Made by a program: the position numbers and the translations under genes
Part shown: positions 27,321 to 37,025 of the stretch, piece after piece
How the letters are laid out: each line of letters starts with the position of its first letter
Position numbering within the stretch: the first letter of the stretch is position 1
Source: a virus
Lineage: Duplodnaviria > Heunggongvirae > Uroviricota > Caudoviricetes
Strand: one strand, 5' to 3'
Virus record (IMG/VR): IMGVR_UViG_3300042906_000857
Location: 3,297 to 67,296 of that record
Length of the DNA stretch: 64,000 nt
The notes under the pieces: generated by a model
What the model was told of the DNA's origin: nothing
Databases searched by the model: none
What the model saw: the letters and a program-made list of their open reading frames with translations, nothing else

Positions 27321-27544
27321 TTTCTTTTCAGTTTAAAAGTTTTTAGTAATTCATTGGCTTCTGAAGTTTCCATCATTTCATCTCTCAGAGACCATTCTTC
27401 AAGTTGTAATTCAGTCTGTGCATAACGAATGAGTTCTAATGCATAAGCCGCATCATCATCATCACATTGTTCCAACCACTCAGCAAAAGCTTGGTCAGTA
27501 CAAGACATGAGAAAATTCAGGTTTTCACGGTCATGCTCGTCCAT
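27317..27544 (-). CDS. Hypothetical acidic protein (75 aa)
   Basis: ORF only. Confidence 0.3.
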   Translation of the reverse strand: MDEHDRENLNFLMSCTDQAFAEWLEQCDDDDAAYALELIRYAQTELQLEEWSLRDEMMETSEANELLKTFKLKRK

Positions 27545-27550
27545 AATATT

Positions 27551-27775
27551 TTAAGACTTGTTGATTGTGGTTTTAAACAAAATTGCACTGAGTATATTAA
27601 TACCCCATGCTTGTAACCATGTGATTTGGTTGATGCCAGTAATAGCACCAACGAAAGCTTCATTCCACAACATCATTACTGGCCATGAAAGAAGAAAACT
27701 AATAAGGATAGCTACTACAACTATTGTTACCGCAGCACCAAAAGGTATAGAATACTTCATATTAAACAGTTGCAA
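27551..27775 (-). CDS. Small membrane protein (74 aa)
   Basis: Two TM helices. Confidence 0.3.
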   Translation of the reverse strand: MQLFNMKYSIPFGAAVTIVVVAILISFLLSWPVMMLWNEAFVGAITGINQITWLQAWGINILSAILFKTTINKS

Positions 27776-28094
27776 CTTCTGGTGCTTTAACTACTTCGGC
27801 AGGTGTAATTGCCTGACCAAGTACACGACCAACAAAGCGACCATTGGCATCAAACTCGTTATGGTTAACCAATTGATATGCGGTTACAATACGACCAGTT
27901 TTGTGTACTCGTACAATACCACCATCTTTGCGGATGTTGTAAATGTTTGTGGACAACCGATAGAGTACAGATTCTTGGTCCGTATCTTTGAATACAGATT
28001 TAATCTCATCAGGTGACACAGGTTTACCAGATAACATGGTAACAGCGATTTTCTCGTGGCGATTAGGTTTGCCTTTACGAACGGTCAATGACAT
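27762..28094 (-). CDS. Hypothetical protein (110 aa)
   Basis: ORF only. Confidence 0.3.
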   Translation of the reverse strand: MSLTVRKGKPNRHEKIAVTMLSGKPVSPDEIKSVFKDTDQESVLYRLSTNIYNIRKDGGIVRVHKTGRIVTAYQLVNHNEFDANGRFVGRVLGQAITPAEVVKAPEVATV

Positions 28095-28189
28095 TTTGAA
28101 TGTCCTTTCAATAATATAATAAAAAATCCAACAAATTGATTATAACACAAAACTGGTATGTTGGCAACCAGCCTTGTGGATATTTACCG

Positions 28190-29335
28190 TTAGAACGGCA
28201 CTTCGTCTATTTTGAGCGTCACACCCGCAGGCAAATCATCAGCCTTAGAATCCAACTTGGTGTACAGGTCAAGGAATGCAGTCTTGGTTTCATCATCAAA
28301 CCGTGCAACACACAATTCAATAGCCTTCATACGATCTTTGAAAATCTTAAATGCTTTTGCAATGTGGACCAAACGGCGTGTGGAGATAAGTTCATCAACA
28401 GCACCTTGTTTGAATGATTGGCGAACCACATCGGCCCATTGTACCAGATTTTCTACAAATTCAGAATCATCAATCAATGGTGTAAGAATCTTACGTTCGG
28501 TCTTGGCATCAGGATACTCCTGTTCCACAGTGATTGGAAACCGTTCCAAGAAGGCATCATCGAGAATCTGAGATAAGTAACGACCTTCTTCTGAACCACG
28601 ACCTTTGGTGTTTGCAGTAGCAATCACAGTAAATCCATTTTTTGGATAAACCATTTCACCATTCTTTTTGTTGTAGTAAGGTTTACCTTCTAAGATACCT
28701 TGCAAGCACATCAACTTATTTGAACCACGGTCAACTTCATCAATCAATAGAACAGCACCACGTTTCATTGCCGTGATTACTGGACCATCACGATTAACAA
28801 CGTTGCCATTGACGAGGGTAGGACCACCCAATAAATCAGATTCATCAGTTTCGACCGAAATGTTAACACGGATGCACTCACGTAAAAGTTCAGCGCAAAC
28901 TTGCTCAACCATAAGGGTTTTTCCATTACCAGACAAGCCAGTAATAAAGACAGGATAAAACTGACCAGACTTGATAACATTAGTAAGGTCTTTAAAAAAT
29001 CCAAATGGGACATAATCGGGGTACTTTGAAGGAATTGATGCGTCTGAATCGTCAATCAATTTAGGTTGTTTGAATGATAACACTTGAGCAGTCAATGCTA
29101 CTTCAAGTTCAGGTTCAGGTTCAGATACCTTGACCTTAGGTTTTGTGCCGATATCAGGCAATTTGTAACGGCCACGGTCAGCACGAAACTCAGATTTTGT
29201 TACAAACCAATACGGGAAAGGACAGCCAATTTCATCAGCTACGTGCTTGATACCGTCCCGTGTAAGTATTGAACCAACACCAAACAAATCTTCAGCTGCT
29301 TTGATGAAAGTTGTTTGATTCTTATTAAAACTCAT
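28190..29335 (-). CDS. cobS: CobS-like / MoxR-type AAA+ ATPase
   Basis: Walker A ITGLSGNGKTLM, Walker B AVLLIDEVDRG, and a size and architecture like phage CobS porphyrin-biosynthesis-type ATPases. Confidence 0.6.
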   Translation of the reverse strand: MSFNKNQTTFIKAAEDLFGVGSILTRDGIKHVADEIGCPFPYWFVTKSEFRADRGRYKLPDIGTKPKVKVSEPEPELEVALTAQVLSFKQPKLIDDSDASIPSKYPDYVPFGFFKDLTNVIKSGQFYPVFITGLSGNGKTLMVEQVCAELLRECIRVNISVETDESDLLGGPTLVNGNVVNRDGPVITAMKRGAVLLIDEVDRGSNKLMCLQGILEGKPYYNKKNGEMVYPKNGFTVIATANTKGRGSEEGRYLSQILDDAFLERFPITVEQEYPDAKTERKILTPLIDDSEFVENLVQWADVVRQSFKQGAVDELISTRRLVHIAKAFKIFKDRMKAIELCVARFDDETKTAFLDLYTKLDSKADDLPAGVTLKIDEVPF

Positions 29336-29414
29336 AATGTTCTCCGTTGTGAATTAACTCTATTGTAACACAAATTGTGGCATATGGCAACCATGTGTTG
29401 TATAAAAACAACAA

Positions 29415-29660
29415 TCAATCTTCCCATTTCTCTGTTTGAATAAACTTCTTTTCCTGGATGGTGCGTTCACCAAAAACCTTCTCACGGGAACACATCATAC
29501 ACTTAGGATTACCACAATCCATGGCGTGGCGCTTATCAAACCTGTGTGGTTCATCCACGTTAAGGCCTAAGCTTTTAGCAATCTTTACCTGCTTGTTGAT
29601 AGCATTTTCATCCTTAAGCAATCTTTTTGAATGTTTGATTTTATCTTCTTCGTTGCTCAT
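29415..29660 (-). CDS. Hypothetical protein (81 aa) with a Cys-rich HAMDCGNPKCMMC segment
   Basis: ORF only. Confidence 0.3.
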   Translation of the reverse strand: MSNEEDKIKHSKRLLKDENAINKQVKIAKSLGLNVDEPHRFDKRHAMDCGNPKCMMCSREKVFGERTIQEKKFIQTEKWED

Positions 29661-29681
29661 GGTGGTACCCTTATAAAATTG

Positions 29682-29918
29682 TTATGCCATTCTATCTACA
29701 TTTTGACCTGCACGATTCATTCGCCGGTTCATTTCAATACGTTTTTCTTCCATGGCCATGTGTTGTGCTTTGATTCGCTTTTGTTCAACCAAATCACTTT
29801 CATGCCGAATATCTTTTTGCTTTATTTCATTTTGTCTGTATAAGACATTTGAATGTTCTATTGATTTAATGTTGGTCATTTGAATAGGTGTGAGGTTATC
29901 AATTCGCTTGCTTCCCAT
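29682..29918 (-). CDS. Hypothetical basic protein (78 aa)
   Basis: ORF only. Confidence 0.3.
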   Translation of the reverse strand: MGSKRIDNLTPIQMTNIKSIEHSNVLYRQNEIKQKDIRHESDLVEQKRIKAQHMAMEEKRIEMNRRMNRAGQNVDRMA

Positions 29919-30079
29919 GCCGCATTGCTATATGCAGAATCGTTGCTTAAACTATTGTATCCGGTTCTGAGTGTCCATTCACCATCAACCAATACTTCAA
30001 CCTTAACGTCATGCCGTACATCAAAAGGACTTAATTCAGTAACCACACGTACTTTGTCGCTGTACATTTTTATACTCAT
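29876..30079 (-). CDS. Hypothetical protein (67 aa)
   Basis: ORF only. Confidence 0.25.
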   Translation of the reverse strand: MSIKMYSDKVRVVTELSPFDVRHDVKVEVLVDGEWTLRTGYNSLSNDSAYSNAAWEASELITSHLFK

Positions 30080-30400
30080 TTACATACTCCAGAAAGATTC
30101 GCTAGAAGGTGAACAACAGTTAGGTGTATTTACGTCCTCTTCAAATTCAACACCTGATATTAAATTCTTACGTGTAACCATACGAGGTTTGTAGGTTTCA
30201 GTGGATATGATATCCAACTCATCGACTGACCAACCGGCTTTGTTGCAAAGGCGGGTACGTGTAGATTTTGCAGCAGCAAAGGTCTTGTAAGAACGGGTGC
30301 GGTGTGATCCATCAGCGACAATGTGACCAGTACCTTTTGAAATAACATAATAACTCATAAATTCACCGTTTTCGTTGTTTATGTATATATTATAACACAA
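30080..30400 (-). CDS. Hypothetical protein (106 aa; start may be the internal MSYYV)
   Basis: ORF only. Confidence 0.3.
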   Translation of the reverse strand: MCYNIYINNENGEFMSYYVISKGTGHIVADGSHRTRSYKTFAAAKSTRTRLCNKAGWSVDELDIISTETYKPRMVTRKNLISGVEFEEDVNTPNCCSPSSESFWSM

Positions 30401-30432
30401 CCAGTGAAAATGGCAACCATTTTGTTGCAGAT

Positions 30433-30951
30433 TTACAACACTTTTTCACCATACATTAACTGCATGGCGTCAAATACACAATCATCCACTGGATGGTGTT
30501 TGGTGATGTGTAGGAATGAATCAAAGTCTGGATAATCCACCTTGACGTAACCATTGGTTGTACTGTATAGGAAATCAACTGCGGTTCGTACATCACGCCA
30601 ACGGTGATATGGCCAAATAGGTTTGAGTCCTATCTGTTCTTCAATGTCATCCATCACCAATTGGTCCAAATTACCACGAGCCCACACATAACACTTTTCA
30701 TCATTTTTTGATTGTGCCCATGTACGCATAGTTTCATAACCATCTTCAAATATACAATCATCTTTATGAGGAATAAATGATGCACGTTTTACATTGTCGC
30801 ATTGTTTAGCCCACCACTCCATGGTAGATTTTCCCATACCACGTTGTAATCGTTTAACTTGGTCATCAACTTTGAATTTGACATAAAATGCACCATCAAA
30901 CAATTGTTTAGGTGTTGGTTTATCATCAGGATCAAAGTAGATCGCAGCCAT
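30433..30951 (-). CDS. Hypothetical protein (172 aa)
   Basis: ORF only. Confidence 0.35.
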   Translation of the reverse strand: MAAIYFDPDDKPTPKQLFDGAFYVKFKVDDQVKRLQRGMGKSTMEWWAKQCDNVKRASFIPHKDDCIFEDGYETMRTWAQSKNDEKCYVWARGNLDQLVMDDIEEQIGLKPIWPYHRWRDVRTAVDFLYSTTNGYVKVDYPDFDSFLHITKHHPVDDCVFDAMQLMYGEKVL

Positions 30952-31182
30952 TGATAGAATGACCGAATTGCTGCGTTTACCTAATGTCTCAACATCAAAT
31001 ATAAAAATTTCATTTCCCCTTAGGTATTACAATCTTGCGTTTGAGGCATAAAGTTCCTGTATCAGCAAACACATGAACTATTTCAGCCAATTGCAGACAT
31101 TCTTCTTTGGTTGCCATTGGATATGACTGCTGAATAACACCTTCAGCATTCATTGTCATCAGAATCCAAACCCATATGACCA

Positions 31183-31509
31183 TTATTGATTCTTCAAGTA
31201 CTCATAGTAATCTTCATTGGTTTTGAAGGTGTACTCTGTGCCATCCTGTAATATAAGGTGTGGTCCATCACTGGCAGTTTCTTGATGGTATTCATAAAGA
31301 AACCAAAACACATCTTCTGCCATATCACCAAACAATGATTCGACCATCATATCAATTTGTTTTTCTAGTTCATTCACATATTCATTATCAAATAATGTAT
31401 AGAAATCTGTAGGCAATTTCTTAACATAATTATCACGAGCAAGGCAAGAATCTTTTAGTTTGCGTACAATATCAATTAGTTCTGGTTTCATTATTTGGTC
31501 ACAAACCAT
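31183..31509 (-). CDS. Hypothetical acidic protein (108 aa)
   Basis: ORF only. Confidence 0.3.
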   Translation of the reverse strand: MVCDQIMKPELIDIVRKLKDSCLARDNYVKKLPTDFYTLFDNEYVNELEKQIDMMVESLFGDMAEDVFWFLYEYHQETASDGPHLILQDGTEYTFKTNEDYYEYLKNQ

Positions 31510-31594
31510 ACAAAAGGCAACAACGACAAAATCACACCTACTGTAAACAGCACGGCCATCAATATATTAAATTTCATTTAATAACCTTCTACAA

Positions 31595-32395
31595 TTATTT
31601 ACCGTTAGTCTGTACGGTTGGTGTAACCACGCCGTTGATAACTAAAGTTTGACCTTTGAAGTTAGCAATAGCACCTGGCAAATTACGCATGGCATCTGCT
31701 TGTGCTTCTGCCATCAACAAAGGAATTGCCATTGGGTTTGCTTGCATTGATTCGTTACGTTTGCGAGCAGTAGCCACTTTAACTTCTTCTGTCTTGAACT
31801 CGTTCTTGGCCTTAACCAATTCATTGGCACTAGCTACAACACTATCTGCTGGTACAATGTTACGAATCAACACTTGACCAATCACAATAGTACCATCCAA
31901 CTTTTCTTCTGCTAGTGTACGTGTGATCTGTTCTTTGATTTCTGTTTCCATTGCTTGGCGGCTATCAGCCATATCCAATGCTTCGTACTTGCGAGCAGAC
32001 TTGTAGATAGCGTTACGTGCAGCATTGAAGATGTAGTTGTACATCAAGTAAACATCACCATCATGGTTAGCGTGGAAACTACGATTCTTGCTATTGTAGA
32101 TTTCAGCAACCTGTGATTGATTAATGTTGTATGTAATCAAGGCATCAAAGTCTTTCATCGTGCTATTGTCTTTGGCTAGAGGAGTCATATTCTCGGCCAA
32201 AACACTGATCTCTTTGACTGGGAACGTGAGTACATTGCCAATAATAACTTGATTAAACGAACCTGGAAGCAATTCACCTACACTGATCTGTCTATCAAAC
32301 CCCACACGGAGACCAACTTCACCAGTTTCAATACGGGTACAACCTGTTGCCAGTACAGCAACGGCAAGGACGGAAAGAGTTAAAATACGTTTCAT
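31595..32395 (-). CDS. SPFH/Band-7 (prohibitin-like) domain lipoprotein
   Basis: Lipobox LATGCT after a signal peptide, then a TGEVGLRVGF... core resembling SPFH-domain proteins. Confidence 0.4.
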   Translation of the reverse strand: MKRILTLSVLAVAVLATGCTRIETGEVGLRVGFDRQISVGELLPGSFNQVIIGNVLTFPVKEISVLAENMTPLAKDNSTMKDFDALITYNINQSQVAEIYNSKNRSFHANHDGDVYLMYNYIFNAARNAIYKSARKYEALDMADSRQAMETEIKEQITRTLAEEKLDGTIVIGQVLIRNIVPADSVVASANELVKAKNEFKTEEVKVATARKRNESMQANPMAIPLLMAEAQADAMRNLPGAIANFKGQTLVINGVVTPTVQTNGK

Positions 32396-32404
32396 TATAT
32401 CACC

Positions 32405-32596
32405 TTAAAAAAGAATTACGATTACAGTCATTACTAGAACAGCCAGTAATGAGACAATTATACTATACGTTACGGATTTTGTCAAGCTCCAACGTTCTTT
32501 ACCATTCATGTTTCTCCAGGCAGTAACGCCAAAGTGAATGGCAATGGCAAAGATAGCAAATACTAACCAAAGTCTAATCATTCTGATTCTCCACAC
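32405..32596 (-). CDS. Small membrane protein (63 aa)
   Basis: Two TM helices. Confidence 0.3.
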   Translation of the reverse strand: MWRIRMIRLWLVFAIFAIAIHFGVTAWRNMNGKERWSLTKSVTYSIIVSLLAVLVMTVIVILF

Positions 32597-32784
32597 ATTG
32601 TCAAGAAATCTTTACGATATAATTCTTGAATCTTTTCCACAAATTGTTTATTAGCAAACTCATGTGTGAAAACAGGATGACCTAATCGTTTTTCTACATC
32701 ACCATGAAAGTCACCAAACTGGCATGCCGTCACTCCAGTAAAGCCTGTGATTACAATTGATTGTTCTTTAGTAAATTTATTCAT
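32578..32784 (-). CDS. Hypothetical protein (68 aa)
   Basis: ORF only. Confidence 0.3.
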   Translation of the reverse strand: MNKFTKEQSIVITGFTGVTACQFGDFHGDVEKRLGHPVFTHEFANKQFVEKIQELYRKDFLTMCGESE

Positions 32785-33041
32785 TCTCCAACTCCGAAAT
32801 GTTTTAAAATATCAGATTCATACCATTCACCATGATAATCACCGCATCGACCTCTTGACTGTATATGGATTTGTTCCAAACATTCCTGCACAATCAACTT
32901 GGCAAACTTTTCTTTATCAAACACTTCAAAGGTAAGTGGATTGTAAGGAGTGGGGCCTTGAATAGATGTAGCCTGTTCAGCAAGTTCTTGAATTCGTTCG
33001 TTCATTTCAAATATCCCAATCCACTCAACACAAGATAACAA
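32781..33041 (-). CDS. Paralogous small-protein family member 1 (MNERIQELAEQA...KFAKLIVQECL...FGV)
   Basis: Shares an N-terminal MNERI.ELAEQA, a central KFAELIV.EC and a C-terminal FGV with four other ORFs. Confidence 0.5.
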   Translation of the reverse strand: MLSCVEWIGIFEMNERIQELAEQATSIQGPTPYNPLTFEVFDKEKFAKLIVQECLEQIHIQSRGRCGDYHGEWYESDILKHFGVGE

Positions 33042-33087
33042 AATACAATGCCAACAACAAAGTGCAGCCAGTCACGAGGAGTATTTT

Positions 33088-33294
33088 TCATGATTCAACT
33101 CCAAAGTATTCTTCAATATATGATGCTGCCTGGAGTTGTCCTGCGTAAAATGCATCATTCATACCACGATTATAGCATTGATCTAGGCATTTCTGAACAA
33201 TCAACTCGGCAAACGTTTCCATCCAAGCCATACTGCCAACTGGAAATGCTTCTTTAGATGCCTGTTCGGCAAGTTGTCTAATTCGTTCGTTCAT
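33088..33294 (-). CDS. Paralogous small-protein family member 2
   Basis: MNERIRQLAEQA...FAELIVQKCL...YFGVES. Confidence 0.5.
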   Translation of the reverse strand: MNERIRQLAEQASKEAFPVGSMAWMETFAELIVQKCLDQCYNRGMNDAFYAGQLQAASYIEEYFGVES

Positions 33295-33406
33295 TCTTCA
33301 TTTGCCTTAATAAGAACCATTAGAAATTTCAATTCCGATAATTGCACTGGAATCTCTGATCCCATTTCCATCCCTGTAATAAGAGATTGTAGATATTCAA
33401 TTGGGG

Positions 33407-33646
33407 TCATCGTTTAACTCCAAATTGTCGTGAAATTCGATATGCCACATTGCCTACTGCATTTGATTCATCAAGGAGGCCGGCACTTTCAAACTCATCT
33501 TCTCTGTTTTTAGCAATAGTAAGACATTCTTTCACAATCAACTCGGCGAACTTTTTGAGTTCTTGTTCACAATCATCACCGGATTCTGAAAACCAAGAAT
33601 CCATAAATCCAGCATGCTCGGCAAGTTCTCTAATTCGTTCGTTCAT
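33407..33646 (-). CDS. Paralogous small-protein family member 3
   Basis: MNERIRELAEHA...KFAELIVKECL...QFGVKR. Confidence 0.5.
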   Translation of the reverse strand: MNERIRELAEHAGFMDSWFSESGDDCEQELKKFAELIVKECLTIAKNREDEFESAGLLDESNAVGNVAYRISRQFGVKR

Positions 33647-33888
33647 AATTCTTTACCCATTCTACCCAATGTTTCAGGCGCATGGTCCAAATAATGTTCA
33701 CCATCTTCGTGATAAAAGAAAGCATCTGCATCCGTGATTGTCATACAAATATCACTATGTTTCAAATCATAGTCCACAAAGGTATGATCTGCAGCATACA
33801 CTCTGAACACAAGGATATCATAGTCAACTCTCAATAACACACCATTAACTCCGTTTGCGGATACTGGTGTCAAGTTTAGTTTACTCAT
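33643..33888 (-). CDS. Hypothetical protein (81 aa)
   Basis: ORF only; 4-nt overlap. Confidence 0.3.
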   Translation of the reverse strand: MSKLNLTPVSANGVNGVLLRVDYDILVFRVYAADHTFVDYDLKHSDICMTITDADAFFYHEDGEHYLDHAPETLGRMGKEL

Positions 33889-33890
33889 GA

Positions 33891-34124
33891 TTAAACAATA
33901 CGTCCAGTTACATTGTAAATTAAATCATTCAAAACGTTTTGATAGTCTTTACCATTACGCCGTAACATCCAAATTTGTTGTACCAATTGACTAGAATCAT
34001 ATGGGCCAGCCATTGACGGTAATTCACCACGAGATTCCAATTCTTCAATTAGATCATCGGTTTCAAAATCACACAGGTCAACATCAACTTCAACTTCTCT
34101 GTAAAACGTTTTACGATTATTCAT
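33891..34124 (-). CDS. Hypothetical protein (77 aa)
   Basis: ORF only. Confidence 0.3.
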   Translation of the reverse strand: MNNRKTFYREVEVDVDLCDFETDDLIEELESRGELPSMAGPYDSSQLVQQIWMLRRNGKDYQNVLNDLIYNVTGRIV

Positions 34125-34297
34125 TTTTTAATCCTTACCTTCTTAATCTTCTCAGGCTTTTGCTTGCGTTCGAATTCTAATTTCAACTCTAATGCTATGG
34201 CTGCAGCCTTAACCGATTCTTCGTGGTCAGCCATCAACTTATTGTATTCTTCTTCTGTGACCACATCACTATTCCATTTGAATGTTGCTTCAGTCAT
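34121..34297 (-). CDS. Small ORF (58 aa, MTEATFKWNSDVV...), not in the track, filling the gap between neighbours with ATGA overlaps on both sides
   Basis: Translated by hand. Stop/start overlaps at 34294-34297 and 34121-34124. Confidence 0.3.
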   Translation of the reverse strand: MTEATFKWNSDVVTEEEYNKLMADHEESVKAAAIALELKLEFERKQKPEKIKKVRIKK

Positions 34298-34608
34298 TTT
34301 ATTTCAGATAAATCTTTTGATAATCTACGGTGAAAAGTATCTTCACCATCATCACCAGAAACCAACCAATCAATTCGCTGAGCATAGGCGTGTGCCTTAC
34401 GCAATGTAATCAATGCTTGTTTGAATTCTTCGATTGTATTTGGTGTGAAATGACAACCTTTTGTTGATCCATAGTCATCCAATTCATCAGAATCATTGTC
34501 TATAATCAGCTGTTCAACATCATCAGCAATTGAACCTATCTGATATTGTTTGTATTGAAAATGTCCACCACTCATGTTTAATCTCCAATTTGGCCAATTT
34601 CTGTCCAT
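34294..34608 (-). CDS. Hypothetical protein (104 aa)
   Basis: ORF only. Confidence 0.3.
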   Translation of the reverse strand: MDRNWPNWRLNMSGGHFQYKQYQIGSIADDVEQLIIDNDSDELDDYGSTKGCHFTPNTIEEFKQALITLRKAHAYAQRIDWLVSGDDGEDTFHRRLSKDLSEIK

Positions 34609-34949
34609 GTCCTGTGTGTTTCAGCAACCCATTCCATGCCATCATGTTCTTCAATATACCAATCAACATCATCAGGCACGTTTGCAATTGCCAAAAGGGC
34701 GCAATAAGCATTAGATTTTACACCTAATTCCTCAACTACTGCCACCAAATCGGCATCACTTCTGTCACTAACAAATTCACGATCATATAAAAAGTATTTA
34801 CTATCACCAAGATGGCCTGCTTCATAATAATGTTTATAACCATTACGATCCTGAGTCTCAAAAAGAATACGTTTACGATTCAATAGTTTTTCAAAGCCCA
34901 TATCTGAAAGGCCAAATCCACCATAACAACGATTAATTACAATTTTCAT
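34578..34949 (-). CDS. Hypothetical protein (123 aa)
   Basis: ORF only. Confidence 0.3.
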   Translation of the reverse strand: MKIVINRCYGGFGLSDMGFEKLLNRKRILFETQDRNGYKHYYEAGHLGDSKYFLYDREFVSDRSDADLVAVVEELGVKSNAYCALLAIANVPDDVDWYIEEHDGMEWVAETHRTWTEIGQIGD

Positions 34950-35043
34950 TCTCTGTCCACCCTTGCATCTTCATTCATAATAAAACCATACCCAAACACC
35001 AACAACAGTCCACATTAAAAACCAAGCCGATAGTGTGTACATA

Positions 35044-35922
35044 TTAACCACAGACTGTGTACTCCGCCAAATCTTTCCAGTTCTTACCTGCGCTCTTACG
35101 GATTTTAGTTACCTGAATTAGTGTACGCAACGACAATTCTTTTACAGTATCTTTAACGGACTCAATCAAATCCATGGCATCTTGCTTCTCTGACTTGTCA
35201 AACTCAGGCATAAACTCACCTGTGTTCAATAGGTGACGCATACGCTCAATCTTTTGCATCTTGGTCATTGATAGGTCAACTGCCATTGAACGGGTAATGA
35301 TTGCTTGGTCAATCTGTGATGATGCCAAATTGGAGATAAACACAATACGACCTTTGAATTCAAAGGTTGTAGGCAAATCTTCATCACGGATATCCGCACG
35401 CCATGAAATGATACGCTTAGAATAAGAATCTAATGCGCCTTTCAATAGGTTCAATGATACTGGATCCTTTAGTACTGAATCACAATCATCAAATACAATC
35501 ACGCCATCTTTGTTCTCATACAATGTACGGTACAAACCTTTAGGTGTAGAGTAACCTTTGATAACACGGAAAGATTTTGGACCATTGACCTTGGTGCCAA
35601 CGGCCAATTCTTCTACTGTGGATACATCGGTGAAACCATTGGCGGACAGCGTTTGGTTGACGGTAAACGACTTACCAAGACCACCAGGACCAGTCACCAC
35701 GACCGATGCCTGAGCACCTTGAGCAAGCATAGTCACCATGTCGGACACGAAACCGAAGCGCTCGTTGATAGTGAACCGTGATTCTGTTGGTACGGATGCA
35801 ATAGAGGACTCAATACCAGCCTTGCGGATGACGTAATCCATATGCTCTTTTTTAGACCGCTTGATGGTCTTACCATTGATAACCGCAACATACTTACCAC
35901 CAACAAACTTTACATCAACCAT
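35044..35922 (-). CDS. P-loop (AAA-like) ATPase of unknown function
   Basis: Walker A VVVTGPGGLGKSF and Walker B GVIVFDDCD. Confidence 0.55.
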   Translation of the reverse strand: MVDVKFVGGKYVAVINGKTIKRSKKEHMDYVIRKAGIESSIASVPTESRFTINERFGFVSDMVTMLAQGAQASVVVTGPGGLGKSFTVNQTLSANGFTDVSTVEELAVGTKVNGPKSFRVIKGYSTPKGLYRTLYENKDGVIVFDDCDSVLKDPVSLNLLKGALDSYSKRIISWRADIRDEDLPTTFEFKGRIVFISNLASSQIDQAIITRSMAVDLSMTKMQKIERMRHLLNTGEFMPEFDKSEKQDAMDLIESVKDTVKELSLRTLIQVTKIRKSAGKNWKDLAEYTVCG

Positions 35923-35945
35923 TGAATTCGTCCTTTAATCAATCA

Positions 35946-35986
35946 ATAGAGTCCATTATACAGGTACCAGCGCAAAAGGCAAGCGT
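35946..35986 (-). promoter_or_regulatory. Sigma70-type promoter module (minus strand): TTGCCT-N16-TG-TATAAT with GGCAAGC signature, upstream of the ATPase gene
   Basis: The reverse complement of 35952-35985 is gcTTGCCTtttgcgctggtaccTGTATAATgg. An AAGGAC-type RBS and the ATG at 35922 follow. Confidence 0.45.
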
Positions 35987-35994
35987 TTTCTTAG

Positions 35995-36029
35995 TAGTCC
36001 ACCGTGGTGGTGGACTATTTGTTGTTTTT
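35995..36029 (+). terminator. Hairpin plus T-run in plus-strand orientation with no plus-strand gene upstream
   Basis: TAGTCCACC-gtggt-GGTGGACTA followed by TTTGTTGTTTTT. Confidence 0.3.
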
Positions 36030-36107
36030 ACACAACACTTTTTTGAGTGTTTTCATTCATAAATGATACTTGCATTTAATGAAAGTTTCTGACATTTTCA
36101 ATAAATC

Positions 36108-36365
36108 CTAAGCAAAGAACTTTTGGCCAAAGAATGTTTCGTCCATTTTCTTAACTTCTAACTCTTTTGGTGTATATTCCATTTGTACCCATACTCCATC
36201 CACCTTGGCAGCAGTGATATTGAAAGAATATACAGAACCAATCTCGGTTTGGTACCCTTCAACTTCAGCCAAACGCCTAGTACCACGCATATTGTCTTTC
36301 ATCGTACCGTACCATCCACTGTTTAATAGGATACGCATACCTTTTTTGATTTCTGCTGTTTTCAT
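36108..36365 (-). CDS. Hypothetical protein (start moved to the internal ATG at 36365 to remove the overlap)
   Basis: ORF only. Confidence 0.3.
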   Translation of the reverse strand: MKTAEIKKGMRILLNSGWYGTMKDNMRGTRRLAEVEGYQTEIGSVYSFNITAAKVDGVWVQMEYTPKELEVKKMDETFFGQKFFA

Positions 36366-36366
36366 A

Positions 36367-36756
36367 TTACCACCAAGAATCATAGTAAACGGCATCACCA
36401 GCAGCAATGGCTTCTCGTGCCTTAACAATAAACTTCAAATCGTTTCGCATTGAACCATCATCAGGTGGATTTTCACCAAAAAAGAAACCAGTGGTTTGTG
36501 GCAACTCACACATGACCACGGCTTTCTCTAGTGCATCCAAATCTTCTGTGTACAACCGCATTGCCGCACAATTGAATTCACTTTTAGGTCCACCTTTGGT
36601 CTTATACAGTTTGGCCATCCATCCGTGCAGGTCATGGTGTTTGCGCCAGTAGTGCAATTCATCATATTCTTTATCATCAGAACTAGGTTTCACCATGTTG
36701 AAATCATCAATCACCTCGGATTGCTTGCAACGCCATGCATACATATCTAAACCCAT
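36367..36756 (-). CDS. Hypothetical protein (129 aa)
   Basis: ORF only. Confidence 0.3.
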   Translation of the reverse strand: MGLDMYAWRCKQSEVIDDFNMVKPSSDDKEYDELHYWRKHHDLHGWMAKLYKTKGGPKSEFNCAAMRLYTEDLDALEKAVVMCELPQTTGFFFGENPPDDGSMRNDLKFIVKAREAIAAGDAVYYDSWW

Positions 36757-36962
36757 TATTTCACTCCAAACATTAAAGCACCAGCAGCGGTAGGAAACTT
36801 GTTGCCATACTCGGCAATTTCCTTTTCATCGATTGATTGGTCATGACCAACACCGACACCGATGTAATACTTATCACCAAACAACTCATCCTCAACACGG
36901 ACAATACCAACTGAACCATTACCAGAGGTAAACCAAACAGAATCAATAATTTTCATAATCAA
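36756..36962 (-). CDS. Hypothetical protein (68 aa)
   Basis: ORF only. A promoter-like module lies upstream at ~36985-37025. Confidence 0.3.
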   Translation of the reverse strand: MIMKIIDSVWFTSGNGSVGIVRVEDELFGDKYYIGVGVGHDQSIDEKEIAEYGNKFPTAAGALMFGVK

Positions 36963-37025
36963 TACCTATAACAACATTAAAACGGAACACCGACAGTATA
37001 ACATACAATCGAAACCATGGCAAGC

